NCBI GenBank assembly: GCA_965235115.1
Contig: OZ249439.1
Span: 13,454,001-13,518,000, forward strand
From: Laetmonice hystrix
Lineage: Eukaryota
Direction: 5' to 3'
DNA length: 64,000 nt
A model generated the notes under the pieces. It was not told the origin of the DNA, ran no database searches, and worked only from the letters and a program-made list of their open reading frames with translations. The translations under genes and the position numbers were made by a program. Shown one piece after another: positions 13,348-27,508 of this stretch; position 1 is the first letter of the stretch, and each line of letters starts with the position of its first letter.

Positions 13348-13803
13348 GATAACAGCTGAGGTCTTGGTGTAACCTCCCACTCAACCAAGAGATAATGGCT
13401 GAGGTCTTGGTGTAAGCCCCCACTCAACCAAGAGAAAATGGCTGAGGTCTTGGTGTAAGCCCCCACTCAACCAAGAGATAATGGCTGAGGTCTTGGTGTA
13501 AGCCCCCACTCAACCAAGAGATAACAGCTGAAGTCTTGGTGTAACCTCCCACTCAACCATAATGGCTGAGGTCTTGGTGTAACCCCCACTCAACCAATCG
13601 ATAATGGCTGAGGTCTTGGTGTAACCCCCCACTCAACCAAGAGATAACAGCTGAGGTCTTGATGTAATTCCCCCCCCCCCAATCAACCAAGCGATAACAG
13701 TTGAGGTCTTGGTGTAACCCCCCCCCCCCCAATCAACCAAGCGATAACAGCTGAGGTCTTGATGTAACCCCCCCCCCCCCCCAATCAACCAAGAGATAAC
13801 AGA
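13348..13803. repeat. Minisatellite, about 43-bp unit x about 10, with an expanding internal poly-C tract
   Basis: Unit GATAATGGCTGAGGTCTTGGTGTAAGCCCCCACTCAACCAAGA; unit starts at 13348, 13391, 13434, 13477, 13520 ... 13743. Confidence 0.95.
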
Positions 13804-16800
13804 TGATGTATCGCTACATGCCGTGTCAGACTCGTACTTTTTCACACACTTCCTGCACCATCTAGTTCAGTTTGCCGATTCGTATTTATGTAAGAGTGGA
13901 GGCCCTGGAGGTTAAATAACGAATACTTCAACTACATTATCTTCTCGAGCAGTCTTTTTGCCGGCCAGCCTACATTTTATTGTTTTTTTTTTATATATAT
14001 ATTTCTCACGCATTACTTCAAACAGCCTTTTTTCTTTCGTACATGACTGTCTCTGCCATTTGTGTTTCTGCACTTTTCATCACTTTACATTCATCAAGTA
14101 AAAGCCATCTGAAACCGTTCGTCTTGGCCCTTCTAACTGTTGCCCTGGGCAGACAGACAGATATCTCCGCCTCCAAGCATTCACTACCTCACCCAAACAC
14201 ACCTACATATAGCAATTAACACCTGAAGGAAGATTCCGGCGATGACGGCCTCCCGACACCCACTGCCCCTCCATCCATCCACCCACCTGGCGCTGGTCAT
14301 AAAGCTCCCACGCTCCTGTAACCAGTGGCCATGTTCGCCTCCCGCCTCCTAACAACCCCTTCACATTCACCTACAGCTAACAGATACCGAGCGCCACAAA
14401 CGAGACGAAGGCTGTTTTTGTCTCGTTATAAATGGCTGGATAATGTGTACTGGGAGTGCCACATTGTCCAATTATCAGTCTGGTGAATATGACAATGACA
14501 GTGGTGCAATGACAACGGGTCTGCTCCAACAAAAGGCAGACATTCCATCTCTATGCAACAGTCACATTTCCGGACGTATCCATTTCAGATACCTGCCGAC
14601 TTCTCTTTCACATCAAACTGACGTGAACAGAACCTGAAGCCTGCAGTTTTCTGCACCATGATCGCTGAGGTTATCCTCATCCACTCAAACACGGTTCTAT
14701 CATTGTCTACGGCAGACCTAGCTGATACAATCTCCTGTGGCAGCGGGAATATAATCCAGGATACGCCGGTTTACCGGGCTCTGGGACACACTTAGTATCC
14801 GTATCTACTCGATTATACTTGCCCCTGTATTCACCTGATACACACCTTTCATCTTCCAAACTTCATTCTTTATTTGTACAGCTAGGCGTTCACGGCGCAC
14901 ACCTTTTAAGTTGGGGGGGGGGGGGTTACATTGAGAGGTTGAATCCTCAGGTCACGGCGTCACGGCAAAATGAACTGATATCTGATTGGAAAGTACACAG
15001 AACAACGCGTGAAATAATGGGGTACCCAAAAAAACTAATGAGACTACATGGCTGAAGGAATACTAATGAGAGATTTAATCGGCCTTATTCTTGTAAACAC
15101 AATTAATACACCCTGAAAAACACTTGTGTAGAAATCAGGTCATGCCATGCACACCACTGCACCCCAGCCCTCAGGTCGGACGGGAGATCCAAACAGGACA
15201 CACTCAGTCACGTGGTCACAAACCATTCTCTCTCATGACATGAAAACACAGACTAGTGTCACATCCATGATTAATGACATGTTCAAATAATTTTAGGTCT
15301 CTATTCCTTATTTAGGCGTACTTCGGTATCTCATAATCACATACCGATCACTCATTTCTAAAATAATTAAGAGTAATTTCCAGCTCCAAAATAATTCATC
15401 CATGCTAAATGATTTGTCCATACATGCTGGGCCCATTCATTATTCTGTAGTCATTAAGGTCGGTTCATTCACCGGGCCTGGTGTAAATTACTGTATGGTG
15501 GGCGACAGCCTTGCACACATCGTGAGGTTGTCGAACGGCTGGCACCAGTTCGGGATCTCCCCCACCCTCACCCCACCCCACACCACTCCCTGCCCCAGGT
15601 CGCCTTGGTTAGAGGGTAGACCGACCGACCGACAGCTGGGGGTTGTAAAGCAGGGAAAGGTCGACCGAGGCTGTGCGAGCATGGCGGGCCTTGTTCTAAC
15701 CCAGTGATGTACACATCAGTCTACAGATACCATCCATCCACTGACCGTCACCCGACCATCTTGCCGGCCATTGTTTCTGCCATCATTACCGCACACGCGT
15801 GGGTTATGGCCCTGGGGAGCTGGACCGATCGGCAGTATATCACCCCGTCTCCCCGGACCGGGCACCAGAGGCCCACCGCCCTCCCGGCCTGACCGCCCGC
15901 CCAGCCCGACTGGCCGGCCCGCCGGACACCAATCGTTACCCGCAAACCCCCGTTCTCACGCTCGTTACCAATCTACCCGTCCCATGCATCAATATTATGA
16001 TAGTTTGCTTCACAAGGAGATTCTCTCTTGGCACTCATGTGTGCAATGAACGACGACAAACGTCCGAACCCGAAACCTCTATCGAGGAGCCATCTCATTT
16101 ACAACGATGTTCACTGAACGGAATGGGCGTATTCGGGGCCATTTCTCACCTCTCCACCATCATGTAGACCAAATATGATATCATAATTTACACAGATCTC
16201 CGGGAACGAATGTGTATGTACGTTTGTTTTCAACATCCCTTGTGTGCATTAGTAAGACTTGTATTCTTTACTGAGTGAGACTTGTCTGTCCTTTCAAGTG
16301 CATTATAAAACCATTTACCATGGCCTAGTACTCCCTGATGGCCTGGCAGACTAGGAGAGACAAAAAGACTCCATGCACGAGTTAATTAAGGGCGCCACCA
16401 GAATACCGACAATATTCAGTAGTTTCCTGCATTCTCTACCCTAGGCCTGAACAGTCATGGCAGTTCATTACCAGAACACGTTCATCATTCACCTCTTGCC
16501 ATCTGCTGGAAAAATTACCGGCACATTTTTTTGTAAGAAGCGCAACTTTGATTGCCTGTTTAATTAGATGAGCTTCACCCGTATCCTCCTAGGCCAATCT
16601 GTCATCCGGGGTCCTCGTGAACCATTAATTTACGGTGACCTTGCAGAAACATATTGACGGGACATCTCGGTGATCTCCGTTAGTATTATCCTTGATCTCC
16701 TTGTAATAACTGAACGTCTAATAACGTTTTGATCACACACCAGTTCATCCCTTCAAACTTGTCTACTATCTGAAAACTTTCTTACTATATCAGCACCGGA

Positions 16801-19800
16801 ATTTTTTCTCTTCAATCAGCAGTGAATATCTCCTAAACTCATTAGTGTTGAACTTGCTGTGTGATATAATCTCACTTACTTGAATCTCCTGCACTAATTA
16901 TCTAAATTGACACTTATATGTCATTTCATACCTGAGGTAATCCAGATTGGTCGAGTGTATCGGCGTCTTGGCCAGCATCAACTGCATGACCGATTTCTTC
17001 ACTCCTTTCAACATTCTCTTTTTTACACACAGGAACTATATTAAATCTATCTTTTTTTCCCACCTGTGATAAAATATATAAAATGGGAAGCGCCGCTCTA
17101 CATTCCATGCATTTTAACGATCGGTAACCTTTTGAATACTTCCGGTAATGTCCTCGATTCCTTGTGCAAATGACGACACATTGTAAACAAAATCAATAAA
17201 ATATTTATTAGGCAAAATGTCTTTGTTTTAAATTATATGCCCTTCTTTGCTCAGACCTTTCTTGGCTGCGCATGCATCATAGGAAATATTCAACGGTACA
17301 CAATGAGCCATATTTATATACTCAGCTCATTCATCGTATTTCATTCTCCCTACCTTTCTAAGAATGACGCACTGCCCACCGTTCTAAACGATGGACTCTA
17401 TACAACAAATTGTCCCATTAATCCACGATATATTTTATTTAGCATCTATTTAAAAAAATCAATTACATATTTTTGGTGGCTCAAGTATGTTTTACTGGCA
17501 AACTGCCAAATTCAACGGACACTTACGGAATCTCTTCCAACTAATCTGGGGCATCCTCACCACCTTAAGAACGAATGCCATAAAGAAATCTTCATTACAA
17601 AGTGTGCTGCTTCAGCACGGGATAATTACTAACCCGAGTCAAGGGGCTATGCATCATGACTCCGGCTTGATTATAATTATAATGGAAATTCATGAATATG
17701 TAGAGGGTTCTTTCTACACCTTTTTGGCGGTGGTAAATGCTTCACATACAGTGAAGAATAAAAAAATAATCAATTCAAAGAAAATAAACCGACAAGAAAC
17801 AGGGACAATAGCGCCTGGTCGGTTTTGTGTTGTGTTGAGAACATTCAGAAGAAGGGCATGAGGAGAATTCCAGCATTCTGTTCTATTGTTGGAGCCTTCC
17901 ATCGGGTATATGTGTGCCTGGTGCGGGGGCGTTTACAAAGATGTGACTGGCTTTGAAACCAGTCAGCTCTTATTAAATAAAAAATCTTTGTATTTAAAGC
18001 CTGCTCTCTCCACAGCTCCTGGTACTGGAGAAAATGCGACATTTTTAAATGAACATCCGATGTGTTTAGAGTCTTCCCTTACACTGACGTCCATTCCGTG
18101 CAACATCTCCTCAAAATGTATGCAGTCAATTGGGAAGCTCGTCAGCAACGATATTTCAACCTTCTTTCAGATCCCCATTAGAATTGCAGTTCGTGCAAAC
18201 CAGCTTGCCTTTCCGCTCGCTGGTTGTCTTGTAAACCTAAGGGATTTGCTACAATTGATGGAAACCCATTTCTTATAAGTAGTGATAACCAAACCTCTGG
18301 ATTGGAAATCTAAAACTCTGAAACGACTCATTCATCAGTGGGCTCGATTCATGCCATCGTCTTCGAGTAGAAGTGGCTTGGGACAAACTGGGGCTCGGCC
18401 ATTTCACTGGTCGGCCTCGATCGACAACCGAGCCGGCCACCCACCGATGGTCGGAATAGGGGACCGCAACCATTGGCTCATCACTTGAGACGGTCACTAG
18501 TATGAGACACCTCGCCCTTCCTTGACGGTAATTATTATGGGAAACATTAGGAGAATGTGAAGATAACAGAAGCTGGCCCACCTAAAGTAGATATATCCAT
18601 TCTCCAGTAATACTGAAGTGTCACTAACTAGAAGCACTCCGCGACTCCCTCAAACTGGCTCGCATTTCACCATTCATTATGTCATTTCTCAGCTTCATAC
18701 TAGCAGCCTGATTACTTCATCTCCTTTCTGGGCAGCCGCCAAGAGTTTACAATGAGGTGGTGAATGTGTACCAATGACCACTCAGTCTGCATCACCACAT
18801 GGTTGGAGTTTGAAAGAGGAAACGTTTCGGCATCACCGACAGTCTGATGGCAGCATCGCCAACAGCAGAACCTAAGGGAGCACCGATCACCATGCAGCAA
18901 AGCAACAGTAACAGCGATGTCAATAGCAGTGGATTTATCAGCAAACAGCACCGACAACAGCAGTGGCAGCGTGGTCGGCGGCAACATGAACCATAACTTT
19001 TACCATGCTGACAACGATTAAACCCAGCTCAAACATGAACCTCCTCTATGCACACACAATCCCAAACAGATGAGGAAACTTTTTCCCTCCACACCATCAC
19101 CAACGTAACAATAAATTTCCCACCCACATGTCAGGCTGTCAAGACAAAAATACGGCGTGATCCTTTTATCGTAGCTCACACATTATCCGTCGGATAACGG
19201 GCTCGAGGCGCGAGCAGATCCAACAAGCTGTTGGAACAGAATGACCTAACCAAAGAAACTGTCGTTATCAGCGCTCGTCCTTCCCGGTCACTCTGTCATA
19301 GACACCTTTACTTGGTCCGTGGTGTTTCTGTAATCACCCCGCCATCATTTCTCACATTTCTCTGTCTGAGGTAACTACTAACCCACCTCGGGGGTCTCCA
19401 TGCTATCAGCCTACAAGTGGCGTTTTACTTCAGTCACCGCTCCTGTTTCTCTCTGTTACGACCTGCCGAAATCTTCAATCCGGGTAATGGGACGGAATAG
19501 GAGCGATGTCACCTGATCGTCACCGTAACAACGTTAGCAGCAGGAAACATCCAGATTTCCCAGTGAAACTGTTATTAGATTGTCATCATTTCTCACATGA
19601 TCCTTCTCCTCCTCCCGACAAGGCCGGTTACTCCACAATACAAAAACACCTACTCAGTTACACTCCACACCATGATGTAATACCAAAAGTCCGCGTGAAA
19701 ACAGCTTTGTGATGTGTTCTCCACTCTCCAAATCACTATGTAAATTCTCCCAATCCTACCAAAATATTATGACACGTTCTACTTACAGTTTGAAGAGGTC

Positions 19801-22800
19801 AGAGAGAGGTTAACGGTTAATCACGTACCTGAAAATACAAAAAGAATCTGACGTCAACTAAACTCAATTAAAGACATTTCAAAGATAGACTGGGAGAAAG
19901 GTCATTTAGACATGGAGAGATACACGCCGAGCGAGACAGAGAGACACGCCGAGCGAGACAGATACACGAAGAGAGACAGAGATAGGAGAGAGAGACGGAT
20001 GATCGTAAGACAACTTAAAGGAGAACTCTGACTATAAATAGGGCCAACATGGCACCTGCCCCAGATTTGAAATGTGACAGGTCTCCACTCCATTTTTCAA
20101 ATGTTTGCAAAATAACTAGAAACAGAGACATACATAAATACACTTCAAAACTGTTCTATTAGAAGCAGAAGATACAGGGAACAATGATATACAATTGACA
20201 TGAAAATCAACCAAAACCCTATTTTCTGAAATATGTGACAGAAAATCTATGTTCTCTGTGTGTTTGCCAATTTGAATTTACCAGTAAGTGGTCATGTGAC
20301 CCAACGCGTCATTCAGTGGCAGGAGAATAATAAGTTTATAATAATAATAAAGCCCCCTACCCTCTCTGGGTGCTGTCAGGGGGCTGGACCTTGGCCAGTG
20401 ATTTATTACCGAACGGTCGGTAGGTCCTACCGCGCGTTCCCCTTTAACATAGACTAGAATGACAATCCAAAGTCAGTTATCAAAACTAGGTCTTACTTGT
20501 AGACACAGTCCTCGTGGCGCCCCACCCTTACCCACCCGGTCAGGTTGTCAGGTCCCCGGACCCATTGGGACGTGGGTTCTCACAAAGTTAACAGCACCAA
20601 CTCTGGCAGGTCGGCGGGAAGTGTGCCCCAACAGTTTCATATAGAGTCTGTTGCGTGCTTGCCTTACATTTCTATGCAGCCCAACTACCGGCCCTAACAC
20701 GGATTGAAATGTCTATGAATGAAAACCTACGGGAAGTTTTTGCTTGGCAATTACTGACTGCGGGAAATCTACAAAAAAATGTCAGTGTTGATAAAGAGAG
20801 CATGACTGTTGGTCGTAACTCGACATTTGTTATCTAGTTGACCTATTCAACAACACCACCCAATCTCTGGCACTAAACACTGGGGGGGGGGGGGGTATGT
20901 ATCAGTACAGTTACCCCTGTGGGCCCCGGTTAATATTACATAATATAAACTATGACTGCTGCATTATTTAACTGAGTCGAGTGTTTTTAATTTAATTTAT
21001 AATACAGCAGTCAGTTCGAACAGATAGAATACGTGACAGCAGAGGCCACGGTTTAGACATAACTTCCCCACGTCATCCCACGCGTCCCTATACCACATTC
21101 ACTTAGATGGTAACTTCATTAAGCCTGAAATTATCATTGCTCATTTGTTTGAAAATATGAAAATGCGACTCCAGCAGTCTAGAATAGCATTTATATAAGC
21201 GGATATGCCAGGCTGAATTATAGTTAACTTAGAATAATCAGGCGGTGTTCATTAATTGCAGCTGGCTGAAAACACGGAGAAGTCATTAATTGTAGCTGTG
21301 CTAGCTCATAAACGGTACACAATGCTCCATCGTATCCTACCATCTTCTGGCAAACAATCTGCTGGGTGAACGATGGCAGCCATGGCGGACTATAAATAAG
21401 TCAGTCATTTAGGTAATAATCTATTACAATGAGGGTTGGTTGGGCAGACACCCAAAGGTCTTGTCTTAATTTAGTTGTACGGCTGTGACACTGTGACTAA
21501 AACATGAAGTTTTCTGACTATTCGGCAGTTTAAACCTGAGTATTGGCCGTACATGTGTATATGGCCGTTTAGTCCAACGACTTCCACCACGGTGTGCAGT
21601 ACGATATGATACTCCTTGCTGTCAATGCTGACGACATTGGAATATTATGTTATGGAGGTATTTTTTATTATTCTGAAGAAAGATTTTCTCTGTATTACCA
21701 AATTCTCCCCCATTATCAGTTCTACAGACAGAATGGATTATCTTTTTTTCAGGCATCAAGGAAACTCGAAGTGGCGGATACAGACTGTTGGACTAATTGG
21801 AATCCAGCAGGACGACAACGTAATGTTTTAGTCCGTTTTGTTGCTACCTTCCAGTCTCCTATAGTGGGTACTTGAATGTGAAAAAACTCTATTCAATGAT
21901 CCCTATCTGTCCCAAAACAAGGAAATTCTGTTTCTAGCAGAGAGCCACTTTAAAATTCTGTTGAATACAGAAACTGCTACCAGATCTCCAGACGGGCGGT
22001 CAAAATAATTCAGTTGTAAAGTTTGGTAGGAAGTATTCGTATTAACTGCCAGTATATTTCTAATGTGAAGCAGGTTAATTGCCCCTAACCCAGGGAATAG
22101 ATAAAGCGATTTCATGGCGTGCTCTTGACTATAATGATAGAACTAGTCAACACTGAGCTGTAACATTGTGTGATATAAGAAGCATATATCATGCTGCACG
22201 GATTTATTCAAAGGTTTAATTGGGTTAAACAAATATGTTTTCAAGAATAAAAGAAAGCCACAATGGCCAGATACACCTAAATTCAAACCCGCTTCATAAA
22301 GGTTTGTCTGCCTTCGGTTTTTTGGCATTCATACAAACAGGCTGAGCAGAGCCCAGGTAAAGGCGCCACTTTGAGTATGACAGAAGCCTGGCCTCCTTCC
22401 AAATTGACTCTGAACGTGATCTAGGACTACAAATCACGCCTGAATGTGCGTGCCCTGGTAGCACATTCTTCTTTTGTTCATTACATCAATACTTTTCATA
22501 ATATGATTTTTTTTTCTTTTGATAGAAGGATGACCTCCCCCACTGGAAAGCTTTTCGCATTAGTAAAATGATATCCAACGAATGCATTCCTTCACTCGAG
22601 ACTGATGGTTGAATAAACGGTTCACGACATTGACTGCCTGTGTGACACCTCTAGTTACCCGTCACTTATACATATACTACATAGGGGCAATATTATAAAG
22701 CAATACCTTCCGAGAAGGAGAACAAGCGAATTGTAGCCGGTGTTGGGTTGATGGGCACCCTGCCACAGCCCACTGGCGCTGGCCCTGTCCCAGACTGAAT

Positions 22801-23171
22801 TTCCTTATATAAGGCGACATGATGAAGGTACCCCATGGCTCATGGCCCAAACTTTACTCTCATACTATTGTTGTTATACTGAGGACTCCTGTTTTCTACC
22901 TTTCAGCAGTACTTATAGTGGACGCCTTTACGACAGTGTGGGAAAATTCAGACATTTGTTACTTAATACGAACAATTTCTACGCAAAATTTTAACTGTTT
23001 CTCAACATTTGCCAACCATTACTCTTTCATCATCAGACAAAGGAAATATAACTACATGTCCTAGCATTTTACCAAAATAAGAAGCTTTAATAGAGTCGCT
23101 TTTTGAGCACTGAACAAAATGGAATTTCCTGAACAATTGAACGGTTTAATCTCTGTGTTTGGTCAACAACA

Positions 23172-23452
23172 GAAATCTATGCTTGCTGTTGGCAGCCCTG
23201 ACAAAATCAAAGGAAATCTAAACTTGCTGTTGGCAGCCCTGACAAAATCAAAGGAAATCTAAACTTGCTGTTGGCAGCCCTGACAAAATCAAAGGAAATC
23301 TAAACTTGCTATTGGCAGCCCTGACAAAATCAAAGGAAATCTAAACTTGTTGTTTGCAGCCCTGAAAAAAACAAAGGAAATCTACACTTGCTGTTGGCAG
23401 CCCTGACCAAAAAAAGAAAATCTACACTTTCTCTTGGCAGCTCTGACAAAAA
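23172..23452. repeat. Minisatellite, 41-bp unit x about 7
   Basis: Unit GAAATCTAAACTTGCTGTTGGCAGCCCTGACAAAATCAAAG; starts at 23172, 23213 ...; decays toward the right end. Confidence 0.95.
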
Positions 23453-26443
23453 CTCGCCCAGTCTCGTAGCCTGTCAAAGCAATTCTGTCTAAATTTCATT
23501 AAGAGTTTACTAAATAGACACCTCTACAAGTGGAACGATTCCGGTAAGAGCTGCACTCATAATTCAGGTCGACACTTGGCCTCAGGCTGTTGTGGCTGTA
23601 CGAGGATGGCAGGTGAAAGTAACATTAAAGAAAACAGAATGCCAGAGGCAATTCTTAAATCTGATTTTGTTTCTTTCAAATGCAAAATGTCACTGTTAGG
23701 AAAAGCAAAAGTAATCAATGTGAATGGCATCAACACTACTTTCCGCTCTTGAATCTTCAACAACCATGCAGAGTAACAGGGGATACTTCATATGTATTAT
23801 CCCAATATACTGACTGTTTGGACGGTATGATTATTCTTCTTTGGGATTTCCTTTAATCTCTCTCAGATACCCCGGTAAATACTATACTCTATAAACGCCT
23901 TACACTTTGCGTACAATCAGGCACCAAGAGAGGACCCTGACCAACAGGTCACAGTAGTAGCAACACAGGCAGATCTCTAAAGTGAAGCTTGTGACCCTAA
24001 AATGAGACCTCTTTAGAAGAGTTGCCAGTGGCAATGTTCTTGGCCTGCAGGTGGGCACGGCAGCACATGTACCCAACGCCCCCATTGATTCTGTCAACAT
24101 TTCATCTCCACTAAATGCCTTTATTGATCAAATCCCTACTTCAACTGTTCAGAGTAAAACGGTAAAAGGCATTGCTGAAACCGACGCTAATAGCAATAAC
24201 TTCTTCTTTTGCTAAAAGCTCTGCAAATACTCAAAACGAAACTACAGGTATTGTCTGGGTGCGGAAGTCTGTTAGAGATCAAGGAACATTAGCACCTTAT
24301 TTCTAAAGACGACCGTGTACTTTGATGTGAAAACCGTTTATTTGTGTATTTTGATGCTATTTTTCCGGGAATCTTGATGTGGCAGTCGTTCCATGAGTAA
24401 ACTACCACGCACACCGAAATTAATCAATTTACGAGCACAGCAACTTTATGTGAGAGGAGGGTTTTTTGACAGACAGTAAATGGGTGAGAAGACACATCAA
24501 GAACCAAAGATATACACACTTCAAAACGTATTATTTCATCTCCTTCAGCCTGGTGCCTGGTCACGTGCTCGTGATCACGTGATTGCGGTCCCGGAATCAA
24601 CCCTTGCAGTCGTCTGGGTCCTGCTACAAGGTGATACACTTGTAGGTAATCAATCAACACATAGGTGTCCTAATACAGCCTGGGTGACGTGTACTGTCAG
24701 AGGGTCCCAACTCTTCCACTCAGTATGCAGCACAATGCTCATACTGGTGGACGGTAAGGAGTTTCTGGATAACAGGAGGACATTGATCACTTCCGGGGCA
24801 GGGCGGAGTCTGACCAAGGAAACAACTACCAGAGGTCATACTGGTTCCAGGGTCTAGTTTTCGCTGCCCTCGGAAATATATACACACGTACATGTACTGA
24901 AACTGTTCGCAGTACGAAGAGCTATGCTGGCTCATGCCCTATGCCTAGACGTGATTTCAATATGGGACTGTGTGTCGGAGTCCAGAAATTAGGTCCAGCC
25001 TGATCAATGGGTCAGTGTAGGCTTATAGAATGTGGGATTATACTTGGACCCTCCACCGATATGTTTGGCTTAGGTTTAAACTCATCCGAGTAGTGGCCTG
25101 GGCCTGGAAACAGCTAACCGTGTGTAAATCAGCCATGAGACCCTATTTGTTGGCCAAGGTTCTGATAAATGGGCGGCTCAATGTTACTGTGATCGGTCTC
25201 AGCGAGTAAAGCCCTGCCCGGACTGAAAGAGACCTTAAAAAAACAGCTGGAACATAACAGAGACCAATACCAGCCGACTTTGCCTGCTGTCGGCGGCCCG
25301 ATTTCGATAATCAGTTTACCTTTTACAGCACTCTCCAGACCATCAAGGCACTGCAAGTAAGTTGTTAACTTACACGAAAAAAGCCATCTATACTACGAAG
25401 GTGGGCTTGAGAACGAGACCACACTCTCTGTGTCGGAGATGTACTGTCTTTTATACGTCCGTATATTTAAGGAGAACTAAGGTCATATGAATTCACAGCC
25501 TCTAGTCCTCCAATTATACCTTGGACCAAATATTGGCTTCCTCCTGAATAAAGGTCACAGGAGACTTAATAATCCAATGATTAGCTCGTACTTCACGACG
25601 GGAAATACGAACCTGCTATCTTAGCCTTTACCTAATTCGTGGCTACGTTAAATCCAGTTTCATTAAACGAATGGGAGGGTTAGAAATTCCCAATCATAAA
25701 GCAATTGTACTTATTGAAGTCAATGTCTGTGAGACAATCTTCCAATTGTTTCACAGCCACGCCTCCTGGCTGCTGGGCATTCTTTCCTCCATTACTGGGC
25801 GGACTGTCACTGTAATCTCAACTTTGAGAATGGTTTGTGAAAGTTTGTCCTACCGTAAGATCGGTAATGAAAGCTCTGCCTGTCGTGCAGGTCGCAAGGA
25901 TGCGTCCTGCGTGATCGTGTTGGACATGTAATGTAGAGGACAGTTTGGACATCGTGCCTCATCAATGTCAGGTTGGAGACGGCAAAATGGTCGGTTCACG
26001 ACGACATGAGTGGAGAAAAAAGGTGCGCTTGGAAAGCCGATAGGGGGCGGTGGACGTGGTGGATGATGGATGGGAACGGGGTCAGGGCAACTGCCGTCAG
26101 TCACTGTCCTTGGGTGATCTGAGGGTTCCGTCACTGCCGTCATGGCAGCCACTGCCCCCCCCCCCCCATACACACCTACACACGCGCCTCTGGTGTCTGT
26201 AGACATAGGTCATCCCCCGCCCTGTGCTCACAGACCCCACAGATTCAGACACCAAACCTCCATGATCCCAGAACCCGATACCTGAGTCTGCGGTCTCTGT
26301 CTCACATATTTTATATCTGACAGTATCATAGTTACAGGCTTCATAAACTTAGATAACAACATCATGATACCTTATCTAATATGTCAAGCCGACATAATGC
26401 TAAAGTTCTGAATCTCAGGAGCTCAGGCTCCGTGGGTGTTAAG

Positions 26444-26653
26444 GGCCTGATCCACTACGGCGATTCCCCTTGCGACGGCAGTGCGATTTTCGATTTAATG
26501 GTAGAATTTCACTCTGAAATCTTTCCTGGCTGCCCTTCCCTGTTTCAGGAAATGGGTTCCATCCTTTAACCGCAAAATCACAGTAAAATAAAAGGGTGAT
26601 GTCAAAATCACATGGACGTCGCAGGGAAAATCGGCTTAGTATGTACCAGGCAC
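26444..26653. mobile_element. Degenerate MITE, possibly PIF/Harbinger-type, about 210 bp
   Basis: Left end GGCCTGATCCACTACGGCGATTCCCCTTGCGACGGCAGTGCGATTTT aligns imperfectly with the reverse complement of the right end GTGCCTGGTACATACTAAGCCGATTTTCCCTGCGACGTCCATGTGATTTT. The left flank has TTAA. The superfamily assignment is inference. Confidence 0.5.
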
Positions 26654-27232
26654 ATCCAATGTGTCGTGGCGATCCCTAGACTGCCCTCAGTCAATGCCCT
26701 GTTTGGCAGCTAAAGCAATGGTTGTAGTACGCGTGCTGCCTTGGCCTCCATCACTTGACTTCTCAGATTAAAAGACCATCAATTCCTCTCCGCCACCCAC
26801 AACCCTGCATCACTATGATCCATGCAGGTATTTGCCGATGACAAGCCCTCCGTCATGTCATAATCATTCCTTGATTCATCTATCCTTCTATAACACCAGT
26901 GTCCCTGGGATTGTCGCCACTGTCCCAGCCACTGTCCCTGGCCCACCCGAACATGTCGACCCCCCTCCCATCCCACGCCAAGCCCTCAGAATCACGTGTA
27001 TCTACCTCAATCACTCACAGATTTCACGTTAAACCTGTGTTTCTCAACGACGGCCACCAGATGGTGCGACGTACCCATGATGCAGCAACCTGCCTCCAAC
27101 TGACGTCATCCATCATACCGGGATCATACCCCCCCCCCCCGCCGCCGCCGCCCTCCTCACCAGTTGTTTGAACACAGGAGGAGGCCCACGAGGGAGAAAT
27201 TCCCCGTGTTGTCTCAGCTCCACCTAGTACCA

Positions 27233-27508
27233 TCTACATCACCTGCTGGGCTGAGACGGCCCTCAACCTATCGTTTATACTCACCTTCTCATACCAACGT
27301 GGTCCTAGCGGACTTCTCACGGGATCTACATCACCTGCTGGGCTGAGACGGCCCTCAACCTATCGTTTATACTCACCTTCTCATACCAACGTGGTCCTAG
27401 CGGACTTCTCACGGGATCTACATCACCTGCTGGGCTGAGACGGCCCTCAACCTATCGTTTATACTCACCTTCTCATACCAACGTGATCCTAGCGGACTTC
27501 TCACGGGA
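27233..27508. repeat. Tandem triplication of a 92-bp unit
   Basis: Near-identical copies start at 27233, 27325 and 27417 (TCTACATCACCTGCTGGGCTGAGACGG...CTTCTCACGGGA). Confidence 0.95.

Noticed and set aside
21590-24300. Stop-riddled frames that might be an ancient transposase or GTPase pseudogene
   Set aside because: No diagnostic motif could be recovered by eye.
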